Positions 11,695 through 23,840 of a stretch of DNA of 64,000 nucleotides are shown one piece after another. The DNA lies in assembly GCF_964204645.1 (NCBI RefSeq), contig NC_134028.1:20890345-20954344 (forward strand), in the 5' to 3' direction. The stretch is from Tubulanus polymorphus (taxonomy: Eukaryota > Animalia > Nemertea). The position numbers and the translations under genes are program-made. Position 1 is the first letter of the stretch; each line of letters starts with the position of its first letter. The notes below the pieces were generated by a model that did no database searches, had not been told where the DNA came from, and worked only from the letters and a program-made list of their open reading frames with translations.

Positions 11695-11848
11695 AGGTGC
11701 CAAAATTAGGCTCGGGCCTGGTCCGACGTTTTTGGTCGGGCCAAATTTGGCCCGGGCCAAACAGGCTCGGGCCCATTTGGCACCCGTGTGAACAGTTTTT
11801 CCGGGCCAAATTTGACACGGGCCAAAAATGCATGTGTGATCGCGGCTA
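11695..11848. mobile_element. GGGCC/GGCCC-rich MITE fragment after GPCR B (also ~31318 and ~47257)
   Basis: Repeated CGGGCCAAATTTG motifs and palindromes, ending GTGTGATCGCGGCT; partial echo at ~12035-12078. Confidence 0.5.
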
Positions 11849-12699
11849 TAGAGACGCATGGCTTACCAAAGAGCGCGCCGATTTTCATGTTCAAATTCAT
11901 TTCACATTCAAATTCAAACCCATCCAGTCAATACTAAACAATGCTTAAACCATGGAATCTAAAATGAGTCCATACTTAAACAAAGCGAAGTGACTGAATT
12001 CCAGAACCAGTTTAGATTAACACGCTTAATTTGACTCAGGTCTGGTCCGTCGTTTTTGGTCGGGCAATTAGGCACGGACCATTTTGCAGTTTTTTTTCGC
12101 CAGATCTCTCCACCCCTACACCTTTTAACTTGATTTTTATCATCCGCGTATTTACATTTCGATTTTGTCAGCTTGTGTTAATTTTATACTCCTGTAAAGC
12201 ACACTGATTACAATTTACAGCAGTGTGCTGTATAATGAAATAAGTAATATTGATTATTAATATCAATTTCAAGTTTGAATTTGTAGTTGAAAAATAATTG
12301 ATTTGATTAACAATATAATTTGATCTAGACATCCCAGCGTCAATCAATCAAGAAAAAAATTTAACTAGTCAAAGACTCAAGATCAAGTAAAGAAAAAGGA
12401 AGATGCATTCTAACAACTGATTGCGATGTGAAGACTATATTAGGCTCATTATTAGAACCTACACTACAGCTATTTAACTTTCTAAAAAATGATTCGTCGC
12501 AGACCCTCAAATACCGTGTACATTATCACTCAAATTGCCTAAATATGTCTGGTGTCGTCGCTATAGTATACTACTTATTAAAAACAATGATTACACCAAT
12601 ATAATTAATATAAGCTCAGGTTTTTAGCGTTTAGTGGTTTGGAAGAACATTGATCCCAAAGGCTATATTTCGAATAACAGACCAGGTCCAGTTTCCTTC

Positions 12700-12885
12700 G
12701 TTTGACATTCGGAGGAACATTCCTCCCGAAGGCGATAATTTGAATATCAGAGCTGAAGGTCAAATTCTCCTCGTTTGACCTTGGGAGGAATATTCCTCCC
12801 AAAGTCAATTGTTAGAATATCGGACAGGTTTCCATCGATTGGGAGGAATATTCCTCCCAAGGTCGATTTTCACAATAGCGGTCCT
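12700..12885. repeat. Array of ~34-bp palindromes (TTGACCTTGGGAGGAATATTCCTCCCAAAGTCAA), probably a MITE interior
   Basis: Three hairpin units in copies 1 and 3 (~48245-48420) and two in copy 2 (~32305-32415); intervening segments share GAATATC. Confidence 0.7.
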
Positions 12886-13380
12886 CTTAATTGATGACAC
12901 TCAATGAACGAGCGGCTCAGATTTCGATTGTGCGCCTATCGCGCGCTGCGCGTGAATCACTTACGTAATCTTTTCTGTAAATGTGAAGACCTCGGGGGCA
13001 TTATGTTCTCTATAGCCCGACATTATCCCACATTCCGGACTGTTAATAGGTCGATTTTACGGCAGAGTCGACATGTTTCACCAATTTTTAACTGTTCATT
13101 TATGAATATTTGAGGACTTATGAACTAAAAATTAGTTAAATTTTTGATACATTTTGAGAAAGTCACAAAACATTTGAGACTGCGTTAGAAATGATAAATT
13201 CCCACGTAAATTTATGACATAATGCTGCGTTATATTTCACGGTCCAGCAACATCCGGGCACCTAAAGTACGTGATTTACTTATCGACTTGATTATGGTAA
13301 TATGTGGTAAGGGAAGAGATAATACGAGCCATGAGACGGGAAAATACACAATATACACAATACAAACCGTGTATGATTAA

Positions 13381-13653
13381 TAACGAGAGAAATGCCACAA
13401 TAAAAACAGCCAAAAATGAAAAGTTCTATATTAAAATGTTTATATTTCGAGCAACGTTTCGGATAAATGCTAGCGCCATCATCAGGCGTACTGAGAACAA
13501 AATGAAAAAATATTTTTTTCCATTTTGTTCCCAGTACGCCTGATGTTGGCTAATAGCATTTAGCCGAACGTTGATCTAAATATGCATATCATTTTAATAT
13601 ACATGTAGAACTTTTAATTTCTGGCTGAATTTATAGTGGGATTTCTCTCGTTA
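13381..13653. mobile_element. Inverted pair of Penelope-like terminal-repeat relics forming a ~270-bp imperfect palindrome
   Basis: TAACGAGAGAAAT..CAGGCGTACTGAGAACAAAATG / CATTTTGTTCCCAGTACGCCTG..ATTTCTCTCGTTA; each arm has a degenerate CTGATGA..GAAACG core. Confidence 0.65.
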
Positions 13654-13801
13654 AGATGTTTTTTATTTCGTTCTGTCAAAGCTACGTGTTCCAGAATATA
13701 GTTCTCGATTAACCAACTGCTACATTTTATATCTTACATTCCTTTTCTCGGTTTCAGTTTATCCAAGCCTTGCTTTTTCAGAAGAACCCGAGTTTTATAT
13801 G

Positions 13802-16800
13802 TAGTAGTAGTTTATTCTTAATCAAAGTGTGTACTACACTTGTATGACAGATAATCAAAATTACAAATCTTAACAAAATAATTTAGTCAAAATTACATCT
13901 TGAAAAAACAGAAATATTTAGTTGATGGGGTAGCTATATTTACTCGGTTTCGTCGCCTCGAAGCATTCTCCGTCTTCTGAACATTGAAATCAAATATCTT
14001 CCAACAGATCTAAGTTTTACGATTGAATAACTAGTTAGAAGTTGAATAAATTTTGCCATGCTAGGATGCGTTCTAAAATAACGAAGTAAGAGATTACTTC
14101 GAAGCGAGTCGTATGAGGGACAGGACATGAGAACGTGATATTCGTCCTCAATTTCGTCAGTGGAGCAAGTTGTGCAAGTGCGGTTTTCTCTCGGCGTTAA
14201 GGGCCTGGTCCATCTACCTGTTTCAATCCTAAGATCGTGACTGCCGCATCTAAATTTAGAGATTAGGTTAACTATTTTTGTCTCATTAATGTCAAGGTAT
14301 CGTTCGTATACGAAACTTCCTTTGAAATGTCTATAAAGATTGCACTTAGGGCTACGTTCTAAAGCCGCCCTCCACGACTGAATGTACTGGTCTTTCAACC
14401 TTTGTTCGACGAGTTTTAAAAAGAACCGATCATTTTGAACTTCTTGCGCTAGCCAATAATTGCCGACACCGAGGCCCAGTTTCAGGTGCGCGGGCTGTTC
14501 TGAATATCACCATAATGCAGATTGTAAGTTTGGCGTAAAAGTGTGTTCTCCTCTGACCGCAGAATTTTTAACCAAAACTTTGCTGCCGAGATTTGTATAT
14601 CTATAGACAGAGGGAAACAGCCTAGTTCACCGTAGACCATTACATTCGGTGTCGTGGCGCGCACATTGAGTAGGTATTTACAGAATTTGACATGAACGGA
14701 TTCTATATTTCTAACATTTTCAAATGCCCAGATTGGGCTACCATACGTTAATACTGATTCCACTAATGAATCAAAGATATCAAGCTTGGTTTTAGGTGAA
14801 ATGAGTCTCGCGTTTAGCAAATACTTCTTGAGTCCAAAGCAAGCTCTTGTACCTTGATCGGCCTGCGACTTGATTGCAGCAGACATTTTGCCGTTATTTG
14901 ACATAGTAATGCCAAGGTACTGACAGGTTGACACCTCTTCCAGTAGGACATTGTTATAAAAACATAAAAGGGGGTTACGGTTATTTCTACGGTACCCAAT
15001 TTTCATTGTCTTTGTCTTATCAGAATTCACAGATAGTTTCATCTTTTTACAATAATCATGCAGAATATCAAGCGCACCCTGCAATTCTCCGGGCGATTGG
15101 GCTAGAATGACGGTATCATCGGCGTAAAGCAAGACATATAGTTTGAATAAATTAAAGTCAATGCCTGGATGGCCATTGTTTATAAAAAATTCTTCCATGT
15201 CATTAATATAGATATTGAAAAGTACAGGCGAGATACAGTCGCCTTGCCTTACGCCGACGGTGCAGTCAAAAAAGCTAGATATGAACCCATTGTTTTTGAC
15301 ACATGATTCACTGTTAGCATACATAGATTTAATTATGTTATAAACTTTGCCAGTGATACCAGCTTCCAGGATCTTTTTCCAGAGAATGTCGTGGTTCAAA
15401 TAATCGAAGGCCTTAGAAAAATGTACGAATGCCATACACGCATTTTTCATTTTCTTCGTTATACAGTGGTCGATGATTGAAGATAATACAAAGGATTGAT
15501 TTATAGTACCATTATTTGGCCTAAAACCGGCCTGTGCATTATCTAATACTTGGTGTGCCTCTAAGCATTGTATAATGCGTGTATTCAGAATAATTGAAAA
15601 TATTTTTCCGAAGCAGCTCAAGACGGTGATACCTCTATAATTGTTTGGGTCGGAAGTCATCCCTTTCTTATGAATGGGTGTAATGCAGCCACTGCTCCAA
15701 TTTTGTGGGTAAATACCTGATTGAAGGATGACATTGAAAAAAATGGTCAGCACAGGTGTTAGGGTTTCAGAGGCAGTTATAAGCATTTCTGGTAGGATAT
15801 TATCAAGATCCGGTGATTTGCCTTTTTTTAGATTTCTTATCGCTCTTATAACTTCATCTCTAGTTATGGGGATGTCTAGATCGTGAGGCATATTAATAGC
15901 TTCCGTATCATTTTCATTAAGCAAAAGATCAGGATCAATATCATCGTTTGATTCAGATTGAATTATTCCGCGAAAAAAAGTTTCGAATTTAGCTAAGTTT
16001 GGGCAGTTCTCATTTTTTTCTGCGTTTCGAGTTTCAAATGACTTTAAAATCTTCCAAAAAGACTTAGTGTCATTCTGAGATAAAGCATTTGTAAGTTTCT
16101 TTTTCTCGTAGCGGAGTTTTGCTTTAGATATTGTCTTTCTATAACGCTTACGTTTGGTTTGTAAGTCTCGTAGATTGTTTAGATTGGGTTGGTTGTGGTA
16201 GAGGCGATTCGCTTTGCTGAATTTATTCCTGGCTATGGAGCAATTTCTATTAAACTAACGACGTCTTACCCGGCGTCTGATTGGTCCCGCCGCATGGCGA
16301 GTATTTCCGTCATACCAGGACAATAAGAGATCGGTTATATTATCAGTAGCTTCGTTGACGTCATTTGCATTAGGAGATTCTTTATAGATTAAATTATCCA
16401 TGCAGTGGGTTAGTTGATTTATGAAATCATCGCTTTGGACGGTTTCTAAGAATCTGTTCTCTGTTAGTTTGTTCCAGGTTATACGCTCCGGTAAGGCATT
16501 ATACTCTGGATTACTATATAAAGAACTGTGGTCAGTGTGCCGTGGTTCTAAGCTTTTACCGATAGAAACAAAAACCGTGGCATGATCTGTGAAATGATTT
16601 AAATCGGAGATTTCAAAATCTCGTATAATGCGTAGTGCATCTGAATTTACTAAGCAATAGTCCACCGTACTCTTTCCATTCGGTTGGAAACATGTGGATT
16701 TACCCAAATCTTTATCATTAAACGCTCTTCCGTTAAGAATGAAAGATTGGGTACTTTTACATAATTCTAATAGATCGTTCCCATAATTATTGTAAATTTC

Positions 16801-17340
16801 ATCACACGAGCTTCTTTGTATGCTAAGATTAATATTGTTTTCTAAATATATCGAATTGTTGTTATTGAATAGATTTTCATTAACATCTGTTTCATTAACA
16901 ATTTCATCTACAATGAGACCCGATTTATTTGCCGTTCTGGAATTGAAGTCTCCGAGGACAAGTACATTCCCTTCGATTGAGTACGCCAGAATTTCAGTTT
17001 CTAATATAGTCATTGTATCCGCTTGTGCGCGGCTGATATGAACGGGCGATACATAGGCCAAACATATAAAAGTGTCCTCGTTCAGGCGTGAAATCGTCTT
17101 ATCAAGTTTAATCCAGAGATAGTCCGCGTTGTCGGATTTTAAAAGTTTTATCCCGGTTTTCAGTTCATTTCGGTAAAAAAGCAGCAGACCACCGGAATTA
17201 CGTTTCGCGCGCGATTTTTTCTTTCTTGTCTGTTGAAAATATGAGAATCCATCTGGTGTTTGGAACGCTGTTTCCGCGGAATTCCATGTTTCTGATATCA
17301 GCACGATATCATTATTATTGAATAAGTTAAGAACGTCGGG
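13802..17340 (-). mobile_element. 5'-truncated non-LTR retrotransposon (APE endonuclease, RT, CCHC finger; RTEX-like), 3539 bp, copy 1 only
   Basis: TSD TATATG at 13796-13801 and 17341-17346, with the empty site at ~33112 in copy 2. 3' end is AATAAA(CTA)n. Motifs ISETW, GDFN, VDY, TDH, NYRGI, GVRQG, YADD, VYGELG and CTTC..EDEYH..C. Stop at 16255 and frameshift near 14480. Confidence 0.93.
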
Positions 17341-17789
17341 TATATGACAACATGGTGTATCGATTGTCACATTGTACAACAGTTGCAATTTATTTCTGAA
17401 ACAAACAACTGAATAAACTGAAAGTCGACCTTGACACAAATTATCCATTCATTCGATGTAGATTGAACTCTCGCTTTTCGACATGTCGATTTATATCACA
17501 CTTATACTCGATATACACTTTGTAACGAAAAAGCTTTAATAAACTTTATATATATAAACTTTATTGTCAAAGAAGAATACTTTTATGACAAGTACATAAT
17601 TGTACAATATTTGTACAACGATGACGGATAACCGCATACAAGGATAATGTGGATATTAGTACGGATAGTAGAAAGAGTACAGGAAATAATAGATAACATT
17701 GTATCTTTAGAGTTATAAATTAACAGACTCCCGTTTGACTTTAACTCTATACAAGTACTGGTGGAGGATGTTCATGTTACATGATTTAC

Positions 17790-17933
17790 TTAAACATTTT
17801 ACACATTTGGAAGTGTTAGGATTACTGCGTATGTTTTTCTCGGAATGAATCTCTCCCGTTCTTCTCTGTAGAAAGGGCAGATTAAGAGTGCATGAAATTC
17901 GTCTTCTACTACATTCATGCTACAAAACTGACA
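17790..17933 (-). mobile_element. Old RTEX-like LINE 3' fragment (CCHC finger) upstream of GPCR C, in all copies
   Basis: Minus strand reads CQFCSMNVVEDEFHALLICPFYREERERFIP, homologous to the C-terminus of ORF 13940-14398. Confidence 0.7.
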
Positions 17934-18174
17934 ATAAATTACGCCCGTATATGGATGTGATAATTAATGACTGTATATACGCAGCCGAGCTACTAAATTC
18001 ACGACGTTAGATGATAAAAAATCATATCATTAATGAGATATTTTATACATACCCCTAATCAGATACACAGTGAACGTTCGTTCTATCCTATCGTCATAAC
18101 TAATCGGATTCGTTTTTGAAAGGTGTCGTGGATAGTACAGTTCTACTGCAGCTTGGTCGCTCACAGGTCGTGGG

Positions 18175-19250
18175 ATGCTCGTCGAAAACATTACTAACAC
18201 GGGCCGAACACCGACAACACCGCAACTCAACGTGTGCCAGAGAATTAAAACTCTCCCTGTTCTATGGATTAACAAACTCAATGTTTCTGTATATTTAGGC
18301 TGGTATCTACCGGCATCTATACTGGGTTTGATATTCAACGCATTCACGTTATTAGTTCTAAAACGGTTTAAATCTGATAACTATTTTCTCATCAAAATTC
18401 TCGCTCTAAACGATCTTTTCTTTATGATTGCTACATTCATTCTTTATCCGCTGAGAACTGCGTACGTTTTCGTCGTTTTGGGAGATATTGTATTTCGCAA
18501 GAACGATTGGAATTTTGGTTGGATCTTCATCTCAGTCGCTTTGCCATTTTTTTATATATGATGACGCGTAACTGGTGCACTGTACTGCTCAGTCTAGAGC
18601 GGTTAATCGTCGTTTTATTTCCAATTAAATCTCGTAACTTTCCCAAGAAGTTAATTTCACAATGCGCAATGGTGTTTATTTCACTTTTAAGTTTTTTTGG
18701 CCATTTTATTCGTTTCATTCCTAACCAACAACTTGGATTTATGGATTGCCCGGTTGAGTGGCCATATGTGACAATACGTATTAAGTATTATGACTACCCC
18801 GAGTGGTTTAAACAATACAGATGGCGATCTGCAATTTCTAGGGTCTATCTCTTCATGTATCTTACTGTTATAATCCCAATATGTGTTTTAGTCGTTATCA
18901 ATGTTATTCTTATTTCGGCAATATTTTTGGATCGGCTTAATCGACGTTCAGAGCTCGGTGTAACAGATGAAACGTCTAGAAGGGAAATAAGGGTTTTAAG
19001 AATGGTTTTATCAGTAGTTTTGTTGTTCATCTTCTGTGAAGGTTTTGGATTCATTGATCGTTTAATGAATTTAAACCGTATCCCCGCCATTCCGGGTATG
19101 AGCCTGATAGCGCTGGGATTTTCAATCATCGATTCGTCCGTAAATTTCATCGTGTATTGCGCGACGGATGAAAGATTTAGAAAAGTAGCTTTTGATATTT
19201 TAGGCAACATTTGCCGCGAACGACGGGTACCGATAAAAGAAAAAGGATAA
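18175..19250 (+). pseudogene. GPCR C copy 1 with a 4-bp deletion frameshift (~18559)
   Basis: tatatat----gatgacg versus tatatatttcagatgacg in copies 2 and 3; the ORF is split into 128 and 247 aa pieces. Confidence 0.85.
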
Positions 19251-19464
19251 AAATGCCGAATATGGAGCGATGTTAGAATTATAGTAAAAATACCCCCCAT
19301 AGCATACGTCATTATGCGACTGACCAAATAAGACCATACCGCTTGCCCATTGCGTTTAACACGCACAAGACGTGTAAACTCATGAGACATAGTTGTTTTG
19401 TTCATTACAATCTTGGAGGTTGATATGCCAAAGGGGAAATGATTATACCTAAGGGGTTGTCCTT

Positions 19465-19595
19465 ATTTGATTTTGTTCTCAGTACGCCTGATGATGGCTA
19501 ACAGTTGTTAGCCGAAACGCCGCTCCTCAAATATAATCATTCTGGTATAGAATTTTTCAATCTTGGCTTCGTTATTGTGGGATTTCTCTCGTCAT
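19465..19595 (+). mobile_element. Solo Penelope-like terminal-repeat relic containing a mutated hammerhead motif
   Basis: Homologous to the arms of the 13381-13653 palindrome; reads CTGATGA-T-GGCTAAC/GTTAGCC-GAAACGCC. Confidence 0.6.
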
Positions 19596-19886
19596 ACTAT
19601 GCCTTTACATGTCACTTGTTGACAGGCGTCCGCAAATTTTTTCAATTTGAACCAGTTTTCATTTTCCAAAGAACTAATTTGAAACCTGTTGCAATAGCAT
19701 TATGCAATAATTTCCAACAAATATCTGCTCTTTATCGTTTGTCAATATATATATATTTATTATAAACCTCGTTCACAATATCCGGCCAGTGCAAAACCAT
19801 CATTTTCTGTTCGCCCCCAATCGATGTTTTTTATGGAGATGTTTGAACAATAGAATTGTATATAAATGTGAGGTGTTAAAATATGT

Positions 19887-20660
19887 ATAATAATAATAAT
19901 GATAATAATAAGTGTCTTATATAGCGCTAAATACAGCTCACGAAAAAAAAGCCGCTCAGAGCGCTTCACATAAAAGCCTCATTAAAGAGGAAATGTTTAA
20001 GTTGCCTCTTGAAGATTTCCAAAGATTTTATAGACCGGAGGTCTCCAGGAAGCTGATTCCATAAGGGCGGGCCATCGATGGAAAAGGCTCGAGAACCGAA
20101 AGACTTTCTATTGTATCTATGATGATATGATGATATGATTTATTTTCAAGTAAAGTTTTTACAAAATTAATGAATCTAGGGACTGTCAGTGAGATAAAGA
20201 CAGAAGAACGGAGAGGACGGCAAGGGGCATGAATATGAATGAGGTCACAGAGATGTTTAGGAGCCAAATTATGTATGCACTGGATGATGAAAATGAGAAC
20301 TTGGAACTTGATTCTTTGTTCAATGGGTAACGTAAATGTAATTCCATAAGGACACAGGTTTGATTGATTTATATTTTCTGGTTTTACTAACTAGACGGGC
20401 TGCTGTGTTTCGTACTCGCTGGAGAGGTTTCGTTGAGGATTTTGGTAATTCAGCGTGAACAGAGTTACAAAAGTCAAGACGGGTTGCGATGAGTGCCTGC
20501 ACATAAATTCTTGTGGCATCAACAGATAGATATTGACGGATTTTACTAATGTTGAGAATGTAAAAAATTAGCAGACTTCACACAACTTGAAATGTGGTCT
20601 CTTAAGTGTATTAGTAAATATTGCTATGTATCAAATTGGACATAGATTTCTGGTAGATCA
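19887..20660 (-). mobile_element. Decayed L2-clade LINE 3' end (copy)
   Basis: Near-identical to 253-1020. Confidence 0.85.
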
Positions 20661-21217
20661 CCACGATTTACATTTCCGTCAGATAGAATTAGCTTCCAAT
20701 GATGCGGTATCGAATCGCGTCCATATTAGTGTGCGTTGTAATCCATTTTCAGGGGTATTTCGTCATAGTAGTTTGTAATTGCCGCGATAATCATCGAATG
20801 GGTGTTGCAGATCCGTGATGTATGTATTCTGTGGAATCGGTTTCGTCCAGTTCCGACACGCCGATCAGCGCACGTGGGAGGTAGCTGCTTGTAAAAATTA
20901 CAATACACAAATTGCAAATGCTGTCAAAATAGAATATTGTGTAAAAGTTATTTTCAAATATGTGATATAATCACAAATATAAAATATGCGACTGGTTTGA
21001 ATTTTAGTTCAGCCATTACTGAGAAATTCGACTTTTAAATCGGCAATTTCAGCACGTGCTTACTGTTATTGTTAATCTTAGCATTTCACCTCGTTAAGAA
21101 ATCGTGGAAAATACAATTTTGATAGCAGTATATATATATTTGTTTCAAGCCCATACAGATTCTTCCCTTAAAGAGAAAATGTTTTCCCCTTTAATCACTT
21201 TATAATCTATTTTACAG

Positions 21218-21545
21218 ATACCGCGCCGTGGGAATTGCTTCGGCGTTTGCCCGAGTTGGTTCGATGACAGCACCATTCGTCGCTCATTTGGTTGGTTTCA
21301 TCTAGGAAATGTCACTTGTCACTTGACATTTCAATATTACGATTGAATTGTTTCAGGCTCAATTTATATCTTGGTTGCCAGGCGTGATTCTCGGGTGTAT
21401 TGGACTGGTAACCGCTTTGTTGATGTTACCCTTACCGGAAACTAGAGGTGTACCGATGCCTCAAACTATCACTGATATCGACCGACCTAGAAACGACTCG
21501 ATAAACCGGACTGTAGATGAAAATCATCTGGAACAAATTAGTTAA
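21218..21545 (+). pseudogene. SLC22-like 3' exons, copy 2
   Basis: Same two exons as 1579-1906. Confidence 0.8.
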
Positions 21546-22871
21546 TTTTTACCTCAGGTTAACAACAATGAGGACTCTACGTTCGACTGTGGCAATCGAG
21601 GATTCCACTTATGGCAAGCGACGATCCACTAGGTTCGCTAGTGTGCATTCAGACAACGACTCCCGGATTTCTTCTCATATTCAATTAAAGTCTATCCATA
21701 ATTTCTCAAATTCTTTGAATGGTGATCAGTAAAATCCACCTTAAATATGAAACTTAAGATCATTTAAGTTTATCAAGACGAGTGATTTGCCAAATTTCTG
21801 ACGGGGGAGGCTAAAAATCTAGATGAAAGTTCATTGAAAATGAACTGGATTTTGACGGGGTTGTCGCACTGTTACGCACACCATCTAGCGCGATAGCTGG
21901 TGGCACGAAGTCCTCATAGATCCATATTTGGAATCATTACTTTATTTTACTTGGTTTATCGTCATAATTACAACATATACAATGGAATATTCAATTTTGA
22001 TCCCAAATACATGTAGCCATATACAAAAAAAAATATGCGTTAATACAATTTCACTCCTTTACACCATGGACTCAACAACGATCGTTATGGAACTGTAGAT
22101 GTGTCAAATAGGTATATAAGGTTTAGTAGGTAGGAGGTAGATTGATTGAGTTATGAATTTTTTATTCTTACTAGCGATAAATGACAACTATTAGGATTTT
22201 CTTAAAGGGACAGGATATTCTAAAAAATGACTTATTTCATCCTATCTATGGAAATTACAGACAGTCCTACGCATATGTCTGATATATGTAGAACTGAATT
22301 TAATGTCAATTTTTGTAGAATTCTATAACTAACTAAATTAAGCATTTAAGAATCACATCCTCAATACATTCCTCAACAATACTGTTTTCCTTCTTCATAA
22401 ACAACATGGAAGAATGTGTGAGCAGGTATAACATGAGGTAATCGAACTCGAAATCATACTACTTTTATACGCGGACGATACACGGTGATTATAGTAGAAT
22501 CACCAGATGAAATTCGAAAGAATAGCAACCAAGTTCTATAAGATCTCTAATGGGCGTCGAGCAATAGACACCAAAATATTTTGTATATAGAGATGGGGGA
22601 TCAGTATGTAGAATTAGTACCCACTTTCAAATAGTCAAATATGCTGGTCCCAAATCGTTTAGAGCAGATATAATAAATTCACACGTAAAATACACAACAT
22701 AACGCTGATGGATATTTCACGGTCCAGCAATGGTTATCTAGGCATCTGAAGTCAGCGATTTACTTAATTGACTAACGGCAATGTATGGTAAACCAAAAAA
22801 CAAGCCTTTTAGAATCACCAGATTCAGATGTTCATGCTGTGCACGTTTGTACATCGTGATCGGTCGGCGCA

Positions 22872-23840
22872 ATGGCTGCAACTTCCATTCTTCAGAACCT
22901 CACAAATCCCACTAATATTTACACAGGCCTCGTACTGGCTGCAACTACGATAAACGGAACCTATCTGTGGTGTTACCTCGTATTCGCCAGTCTTTGTTTA
23001 ATTCTCGGATTCATCGGCAATTTCCTGATTGTAATAGTTATGATGCAACGTAAACTGTGGCGACGTTCTTTAAGTCGTATGTTCGTTCAACTAGCCGTCT
23101 GCGACACTTTGGTTCTCATCTGTTATTCGATAAAATATATCAACGTTATATCGTATACTTTTTACTGGAGGGAATTATTGGTCAAACCATTAACGCGAGT
23201 TCAATGTATATGTTTTGAGTATATCATATCATTGTGCCTATCGAGCAGTCCGTGGACGCTGGTCCTCGTAGCAACCGAGCGAATGTGTGTGGTTTGCTTT
23301 CCGTTTAGAGGTCCTCGTTTCTGGAGCCCGAATACTGCTTCTATACTCTGTTCCTCCGTAATCTGCTTCGTAGCCCTGGGTCATAGCTATTTATTTGTAA
23401 CTATCGATATTAGTGGCAACGGTTGTATCATCAAAAATGTTCTCACATTTACCAAGCCTTTGTTAACGTCTATTATTTTCTCTGTCGGCCCGTTTATTTC
23501 GTTAGCGATCATGTCCACAATAACTTCGATCACTTTATTCAGAAAAAAGGCCAACTCAGAAACAACCCGAGCATCGAAATACTCAAACCAGGTAACCGTG
23601 TTAGTTCTGTTACTGTGCGCCTTCTTCATGGTTACAACATTCCCAACAGTTATTATGAGCCCTTTTCTCAGTACTAATTCGGAATTGAAAAATATCTTCG
23701 CTGCCCTAATTGATATCTTAGCGATAAACTATTCGTTTAATCTCTACTTGTATCTGGTGACGGGAAAAGAAATCAGAAACGAATTGCGGAATTTGATTTT
23801 CGAAAAGAGACGCGATATATCACTGTATGTCAAACCTTAA
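22872..23840 (+). CDS. GPCR A copy 2, 322 aa
   Basis: Intact ORF with a few substitutions relative to copy 1. Confidence 0.9.
   Translation: MAATSILQNLTNPTNIYTGLVLAATTINGTYLWCYLVFASLCLILGFIGNFLIVIVMMQRKLWRRSLSRMFVQLAVCDTLVLICYSIKYINVISYTFYWRELLVKPLTRVQCICFEYIISLCLSSSPWTLVLVATERMCVVCFPFRGPRFWSPNTASILCSSVICFVALGHSYLFVTIDISGNGCIIKNVLTFTKPLLTSIIFSVGPFISLAIMSTITSITLFRKKANSETTRASKYSNQVTVLVLLLCAFFMVTTFPTVIMSPFLSTNSELKNIFAALIDILAINYSFNLYLYLVTGKEIRNELRNLIFEKRRDISLYVKP

Larger units (their letters stand above)
1519..21157 (+). repeat. Tandem segmental duplication unit, copy 1 (19.6 kb including LINE insertion)
   Basis: Same ORF order and near-identical sequence recur at 21158 and 37074. The junction tttcaagcccataca|gattc follows positions 1518, 21157 and 37073. 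Confidence 0.93.

Noticed and set aside
11677-11948. Overlapping GC-rich ORFs after GPCR B
   Set aside because: They arise from the stop-poor GGGCC-rich MITE fragment.
12700-12885. CRISPR-like palindromic repeats with spacers
   Set aside because: Only 2-3 units, the linkers are related to each other, there are no cas genes, and the context is eukaryotic.
18845-19405. 186-aa antisense ORF (and 53587-54129, 180 aa)
   Set aside because: Shadow frames of the GPCR C coding strand; broken at different points in other copies and without recognisable motifs.
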